Part shown: in pieces, positions 59,573 through 64,000 of the stretch
Layout of the letters: each line of letters opens with the position of its first letter
Position numbering within the stretch: position 1 is the stretch's first letter
Program-made: the position numbers and the translations under genes
The notes under the pieces: model-generated
Database searches by the model: none
Told to the model about the DNA's origin: nothing
What the model saw: the letters and a program-made list of their open reading frames with translations, nothing else
Assembly (NCBI GenBank): GCA_963720545.1
Contig: OY970399.1
Span: 1,376,001-1,440,000, forward strand
Direction of reading: 5' to 3'
DNA: 64,000 bases
Source: an uncultured Acidobacteriota bacterium
GTDB lineage: Bacteria; Acidobacteriota; Vicinamibacteria; Fen-336

Positions 59573-60931
59573 TCACCGGGCTGCCGCGGGTGCTGTGAGC
59601 CGCAGCACCACAGCGCGGACCCGCGCGACCAGCGCCGGCTCGGGCCGGCCGGCGCTGCCGAGATCGAGGCGCCGCAGCACGACGTCCTCGACCGACGCGG
59701 CCAGCTCCTCCGAGACCGCGAACGCGGCGCGCTCCTCGAGGGTTTCGCCCTGCGGCTGCAGCACGCGCAGCGGCGTCACCGCCGTCTTGCTGCCGCCAGC
59801 CGGCAGGGCGTACGCCGAGCGAAGCAGGTCTACGGTACGCTGCGCCACAGCACGCGCGGTCGTGTACTTCACCGCGACCACCGAGACGAGCCCGCGGCCG
59901 CCGGGGTGGGCGGCATGATCGACGATGAGCGGCCGGCTCCACAGGCCCGAGGCGCCACCGTGCCCCGGGACGAAGCCTTCGTGCACCAGCGAGATCTCGT
60001 CGCTGCGCAGCCGCGCCCACGGGAACGCGCGGATGGCGGAGTCGAGGAATTCCGCTTCGACCTGCGCGCGCGCCACGGCGGGGTCCGCGTAGGCGGTGCC
60101 GACGAGCGTGCGTCCCTGCCACGGCGCCAGGATCAGGAAGCGGCCGCGGTCGGAGGCGGCCACCGCGAAGTCGCCGTGCGGCGCGCGCGCGAACACCAGG
60201 TTGACGGCGCGCAGTAGCGGCACCTGCAAAGGGACCGCGGCGAGTGCCGCGACGGCGGCGGCGCCGGCACCAGCCGCATTCACCACCACCTTCGCGCGCA
60301 CCTCGAAGGCGGGACCGTCGACTCCGTCGGTGACGCGCACGCCTGCGAGCGCGCCCGCGTCGCGCAGCAGCGCCACCACCGGCGCATGATTCGCGAGCAA
60401 CGCGCCGGCGCCTGCGGCGGCATGCAGGAACGCGAACAAAAGCCGCTCGGTGCTCGACGCCTGCGCGTCGCGCCACTCGGCGGCGCCGGTGAGGCCGGCC
60501 TGCGGCAGTTCCGGGATGAGGCCACGCACGGCCGCCGCGCCCAGCGTGCCGTGGATTCTTTCGCCGCCCAGCAGGTTGCCGAGCAGCATCCCCGCCAGGA
60601 ACGCTTCCCTGCCGCGCGTGCCATGCCCGTAGAAGGGCGCGACGACGCGCAGCGGGTGCACGAGCCCGGGGGCGATGCGCAGCAGGTTGCGCCGCTCGCG
60701 CGCCGACTCGCGAAAGGCACCGAGGTCGAGACGCTGCAGGTGACGGATGCCGCCGTGGATCGTCTTCAGGCTGTTCCAGGAAGTCGCGGCGCCGAAATCG
60801 CCGGCTTCGACGAGCCCCGTCTTCAGGCCGCGTTGCGCCGCTTCCCAGGCGAGGCATGCGCCCTGGATGCCGCCGCCGACGATGACGACGTCGAGTCCGC
60901 TGCGGGCGAGGCTCGCGAGGTCGCGCTTCAC
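59573..60931 (-). CDS. FAD-dependent oxidoreductase, glycerol-3-phosphate dehydrogenase-like
   Basis: DVVIVGGGIQG, DFGAATSWNSLKTIHGGIRHL, VVNAAG, KYTTAR; GTG overlaps the ltaE stop. Confidence 0.85.
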   Translation of the reverse strand: MKRDLASLARSGLDVVIVGGGIQGACLAWEAAQRGLKTGLVEAGDFGAATSWNSLKTIHGGIRHLQRLDLGAFRESARERRNLLRIAPGLVHPLRVVAPFYGHGTRGREAFLAGMLLGNLLGGERIHGTLGAAAVRGLIPELPQAGLTGAAEWRDAQASSTERLLFAFLHAAAGAGALLANHAPVVALLRDAGALAGVRVTDGVDGPAFEVRAKVVVNAAGAGAAAVAALAAVPLQVPLLRAVNLVFARAPHGDFAVAASDRGRFLILAPWQGRTLVGTAYADPAVARAQVEAEFLDSAIRAFPWARLRSDEISLVHEGFVPGHGGASGLWSRPLIVDHAAHPGGRGLVSVVAVKYTTARAVAQRTVDLLRSAYALPAGGSKTAVTPLRVLQPQGETLEERAAFAVSEELAASVEDVVLRRLDLGSAGRPEPALVARVRAVVLRLTAPAAAR

Positions 60932-61941
60932 GCCGCGGCCGCGGCAGCCGCAGCCGTCGCGGCGGCGCGCTCGCAGTCGGCGGCGCTCGCGTCGCGATGC
61001 GTGACGAAGCGGACGACGCCCTGGTCCATGGCGGTCGCGCGCACGCCGGCCCGAAGCAGCGCCGCGACCAACGGGTAGGCATCGCCCTGCGGGCGGCGCA
61101 CCACCACGATGTTGGTCTGCGGCGCCACCACCTCGAGGCCGCCCGCCGCGAGCCGTTCGGCCAGCGCGCGAGCATTCTCGTGGTCTTCGCTGAGGCGTTC
61201 GATCATCGTCTGCAGCGCCACGATGCCGGCCGCCGCGATGATGCCTGCCTGGCGCATGCCGCCGCCGAGTTGCTTGCGCACGCGGCGCGCCTCGACCATC
61301 ACGTCGCGCGACGCATAGAAGAGCGAGCCGACCGGACAGCAGAGACCCTTCGACAGGCAGGTCATGGCGCTGTCGGCACCGGCGACCAGCCGCGACAGCG
61401 GGACGCCGAGCGCGACCGCGGCGTTCCACAGGCGCGCGCCATCGATGTGCACGCGCAGCCCGAGCGCGCGCGCGGCGGCGATCAGCTCCTGCATTTCGGC
61501 GACCGTCGCGACGCTGCCGCCCGCAAGGTTGTGCGTGTTCTCGATGACCAGCGCCTTGACGTCGGCGGCGGTGTCCGAGCGGGGGCGGATGCCCTCGAGA
61601 TCGCGCGGGCGCAGGCGGCCGTCCGCGGTGACCACCGCGCGCGGCAGGATTCCCGACAGAGCCGCGAGCGCGCCCAGCTCGTGCTGCACCACGTGCGAGC
61701 GGCTTTCGACGATGACCTCCTCGCCGGCCCGGGCGAAGAGACGCAGTGCTATCTGGTTGCCCATGGTGCCCGAGGGGACGAAGAGGGCGGCCTGGAAGCC
61801 GAGCAGCCCCGCCGCCAGCTCTTCGAGGCGCCGTACCGTCGGGTCCTCGCCGTAGTAGTCGTCGCCGACCTCCGCGCCGGCCATGGCGCGGCGCATTTCC
61901 TCGGTGGGGGCGGTGACGGTGTCGGAGCGCAGGTCGATCAT
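60928..61941 (-). CDS. ltaE: Low-specificity L-threonine aldolase
   Basis: MIDLRSDTVT, GDD..EDPTV, PSGTMGN, ENTHN, HIDGARLWNA, CLSKGL, GGGMRQAG. Confidence 0.95.
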   Translation of the reverse strand: MIDLRSDTVTAPTEEMRRAMAGAEVGDDYYGEDPTVRRLEELAAGLLGFQAALFVPSGTMGNQIALRLFARAGEEVIVESRSHVVQHELGALAALSGILPRAVVTADGRLRPRDLEGIRPRSDTAADVKALVIENTHNLAGGSVATVAEMQELIAAARALGLRVHIDGARLWNAAVALGVPLSRLVAGADSAMTCLSKGLCCPVGSLFYASRDVMVEARRVRKQLGGGMRQAGIIAAAGIVALQTMIERLSEDHENARALAERLAAGGLEVVAPQTNIVVVRRPQGDAYPLVAALLRAGVRATAMDQGVVRFVTHRDASAADCERAAATAAAAAAAA

Positions 61942-62447
61942 CGGCCCGCGGCGGCGCGCTCGCGGTCGAACACCACCAGGTCGGTCGCCTGCGGCTTGCC
62001 GCCAAACTGGCGCAGGAACGCCGCCACCTGGCCGCGGTGGTACGTCGAATGGTTGACGGTGTGCTGGACCGTCTGCCAGAGCGGCGCGGTGAACGGCTCG
62101 CCCTGCATGTTGCGATACGAGAACGATCCCGCCAGGTCGCGCTCCTCGAGGTTGCGCAGCCACGCCGCGCGGTGCTCCTCGATCGCGGCCCAGCGGTCGC
62201 GCAGCGCCACGATGTCGGGAAACTCGCCCTCGTCGATGAACGCGGTCGGCGACACGCCCTTCCAGCGCTCGAGCCAGACCCACTCCGCGCCCATCATGTG
62301 GACGAGCGTGCCGCGCACGCCGCCGAAGCTCGAGCCGAGGTCCCGCTTGTAGTCCTCGACCGACAGCAGGGCCGCGCCGCGCATCACGCGGTGGTTGGCC
62401 CAGATCGTGTAGTCGAAGAGCCGCGCTGCGTCGGCCTGGTCGAGCAT
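61938..62447 (-). CDS. DinB family protein
   Basis: YTIWAN, TLVH...E..W, HTVNHSTYHRGQ. Confidence 0.9.
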   Translation of the reverse strand: MLDQADAARLFDYTIWANHRVMRGAALLSVEDYKRDLGSSFGGVRGTLVHMMGAEWVWLERWKGVSPTAFIDEGEFPDIVALRDRWAAIEEHRAAWLRNLEERDLAGSFSYRNMQGEPFTAPLWQTVQHTVNHSTYHRGQVAAFLRQFGGKPQATDLVVFDRERAAAGR

Positions 62448-62459
62448 GTGCAGCGAATG

Positions 62460-62678
62460 CTACCGCTGGAGCGCTATCGGCTCGGTACGCTTGCGCTTGC
62501 CGAGGGACGCGTTGCAGGCGGCGCACAGGTACTCGTACAGGTCGCCGTCGGGCAGCACCAGCAGCAGCCGCTCGCGCACCGGCTGCGCCTGCTTGCAGCG
62601 TTCGCAGAAGAGCGCCGATGCCTGGAATTCCTCGAACTGCCCCGCGCGGCGGGGCGGACCGGCTGGCCGCATCATCAC
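62460..62678 (-). CDS. Small putative zinc-ribbon protein
   Basis: CERC...CAAC in 72 aa; fills the gap between dinB and the divergent gatB. Confidence 0.65.
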   Translation of the reverse strand: MMMRPAGPPRRAGQFEEFQASALFCERCKQAQPVRERLLLVLPDGDLYEYLCAACNASLGKRKRTEPIALQR

Positions 62679-62776
62679 TGAAAGAAATAACGGTTCGAGC
62701 CGCGCGCGTCAAGGCGGGGGAGCGAAAAAAGGCGCGTGCTAGAGTCGTTTGCACCGTGCCCGCCGCCCCTGCCGAC

Positions 62777-64000
62777 GTGAGCAAGACGCTCTACCAGCCG
62801 GTCATCGGCCTCGAAGTCCACGTGCAGCTGCTGACCGCGACCAAGGCGTTCTGCTCGTGCCGCAACCGTTTCGGCGACCCGCCGAACACCCACATCTGCC
62901 CCGTGTGCCTCGGGCTGCCGGGGGCGCTGCCGGTCCTGAACCGCAGGGCCGTGGAACTGGCCGTGCGTGCCGCTCTCGCGCTCGAGTGCGAGGTCCACGA
63001 GACGTCGGTCTTCGCGCGCAAGAACTACTTCTACCCGGACCTTGCGAAGGGCTACCAGATCTCGCAGTACGACAAGCCGCTCGCAACCTCGGGCCGCCTC
63101 GAGATCGTGGCCGCCGGCGCCGCCAGGACGATCGGCATCGAGCGCATCCACATGGAAGAGGATGCCGGCAAGCTGCTCCACGAAGGCTTCGCCTGGTCGG
63201 GCGAGAAGAGCGGCGTCGACTTCAACCGCAGCGGCGTGCCGCTCATCGAGATCGTGTCGCGGCCCGACCTGCGCTCGGCCGAAGAGGCGTACGAGTACCT
63301 CACGGCGCTGAAGTCGGTGCTGCTCTACACCGCGGTCAGCGACGGCAACATGGAGGAGGGCTCGCTGCGTTGCGACGCCAACGTTTCCGTCATGCCCAAA
63401 GGCAGCGAAACCTTCGGCACGCGCGCCGAGATCAAGAACCTCAACTCGTTCCGCAACGTCGCCCGCGCCATCGACTACGAAGTGGCGCGGCAGGCCGCGG
63501 TGCTCGATTCCGGCGGCCGCATCGTGCAGGAGACGCGCCTCTGGAACGCCGACCGCGGTGAAACCGTGTCGATGCGTTCGAAGGAGGACGCGCACGATTA
63601 CCGCTACTTCCCCGAGCCCGACCTGCCGCCGCTTACGGTCGGTGCGGAGTGGCGTGAGGCCGTGCGCGCGGCGCTCCCGGAATTGCCCGCGGCGCGGCGA
63701 CAGCGCTTCGCCGCCGAGTACGGGATCCCCGCCTACGACGCCGCCGTGCTGACCGCATCGCAGGATGTCGCCGACTACTTCGAGGCGGCGGCGCAAAAAA
63801 GCGGCAACCCCAAGGCGGTCTCGAACTGGGTGATGACCGAGGTGCTGCGCAAGCTGAAGGAAGACGGCCGCGAGATCACGGCCTCGCCCATCGCGAGCGG
63901 CCATGTCGCCGAACTGGTCGCCCTCATCGACTCTGGCACCATCAGCGGCAAGATCGCCAAGGACGTGTTCGAGAAAGCGTGGGCGTCGGGCGAGAGCCCG
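62777..64000 (+). CDS. gatB: Asp/Glu-tRNA amidotransferase subunit B (3'-truncated by the window end)
   Basis: GTG start; IGLEVHVQL, CPVCLGLPGALP, RKNYFYPDL, HMEEDAGK, LRCDANVS, YRYFPEPDL; missing from the ORF track because it has no stop in the window. Confidence 0.96.
   Translation, partial: MSKTLYQPVIGLEVHVQLLTATKAFCSCRNRFGDPPNTHICPVCLGLPGALPVLNRRAVELAVRAALALECEVHETSVFARKNYFYPDLAKGYQISQYDKPLATSGRLEIVAAGAARTIGIERIHMEEDAGKLLHEGFAWSGEKSGVDFNRSGVPLIEIVSRPDLRSAEEAYEYLTALKSVLLYTAVSDGNMEEGSLRCDANVSVMPKGSETFGTRAEIKNLNSFRNVARAIDYEVARQAAVLDSGGRIVQETRLWNADRGETVSMRSKEDAHDYRYFPEPDLPPLTVGAEWREAVRAALPELPAARRQRFAAEYGIPAYDAAVLTASQDVADYFEAAAQKSGNPKAVSNWVMTEVLRKLKEDGREITASPIASGHVAELVALIDSGTISGKIAKDVFEKAWASGESP

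Noticed and set aside
59573..62005. Apparent long N-terminal extensions in the ORF track (GlpD-like 810 aa, asd 632 aa, meaB 673 aa, PurD-like 641 aa, M61 651 aa)
   Set aside because: The extensions run out of frame over the upstream gene, and true starts with family N-termini lie downstream. Only the GT-C/MBL case has two real domains in one frame.

Overview
GC-rich bacterial chromosomal segment with about 52 protein-coding genes. The VWA, GWxTD-like and PEGA proteins, lpxB and the gene order suggest a Gram-negative Acidobacteriota genome, perhaps Vicinamibacteria-like (inference). Most genes are housekeeping or envelope genes: VWA-PP2C-Hsp20-lon; ymdB-NtrC-xseAB-ispA-tlyA-nadK; yqgF-mltG; lpxB; a ~15 kb minus-strand run ACAD-meaB-mce-thrA-asd-thrB-thrC-MBL-mtnP-pfkB-membrane protein-PurD-like ligase-hydrolase; mtgA; a diguanylate cyclase; ltaE; and a partial gatB. 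I recognised no rRNA, tRNA, CRISPR array, transposase or integrase. The best candidate for an undescribed system is at 13.9-19.9 kb. There a multi-TM GT-C-like glycosyltransferase is fused in frame, through a Pro/Ser/Thr linker, to a subclass B3 metallo-beta-lactamase with the Gln116 (QAHFDH) site. It converges on a second GT-C-like paralogue next to mltG, and MltG and MtgA carry similar P/S/T tails that could be O-glycosylation targets. Other points: an S41 protease whose Ser/Lys dyad is replaced by Gly/Arg, an M61 peptidase with HHxxH instead of HExxH, a divergent PurD-like ligase in a nucleoside-salvage run, a Crp-family gene flanked by CRP-like and FNR-like palindromes ahead of a di-heme protein, a sigma54 promoter, and repeated TAnnnT-N6-start leaderless signatures. 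All calls come from motif recognition by eye; no database searches were run.
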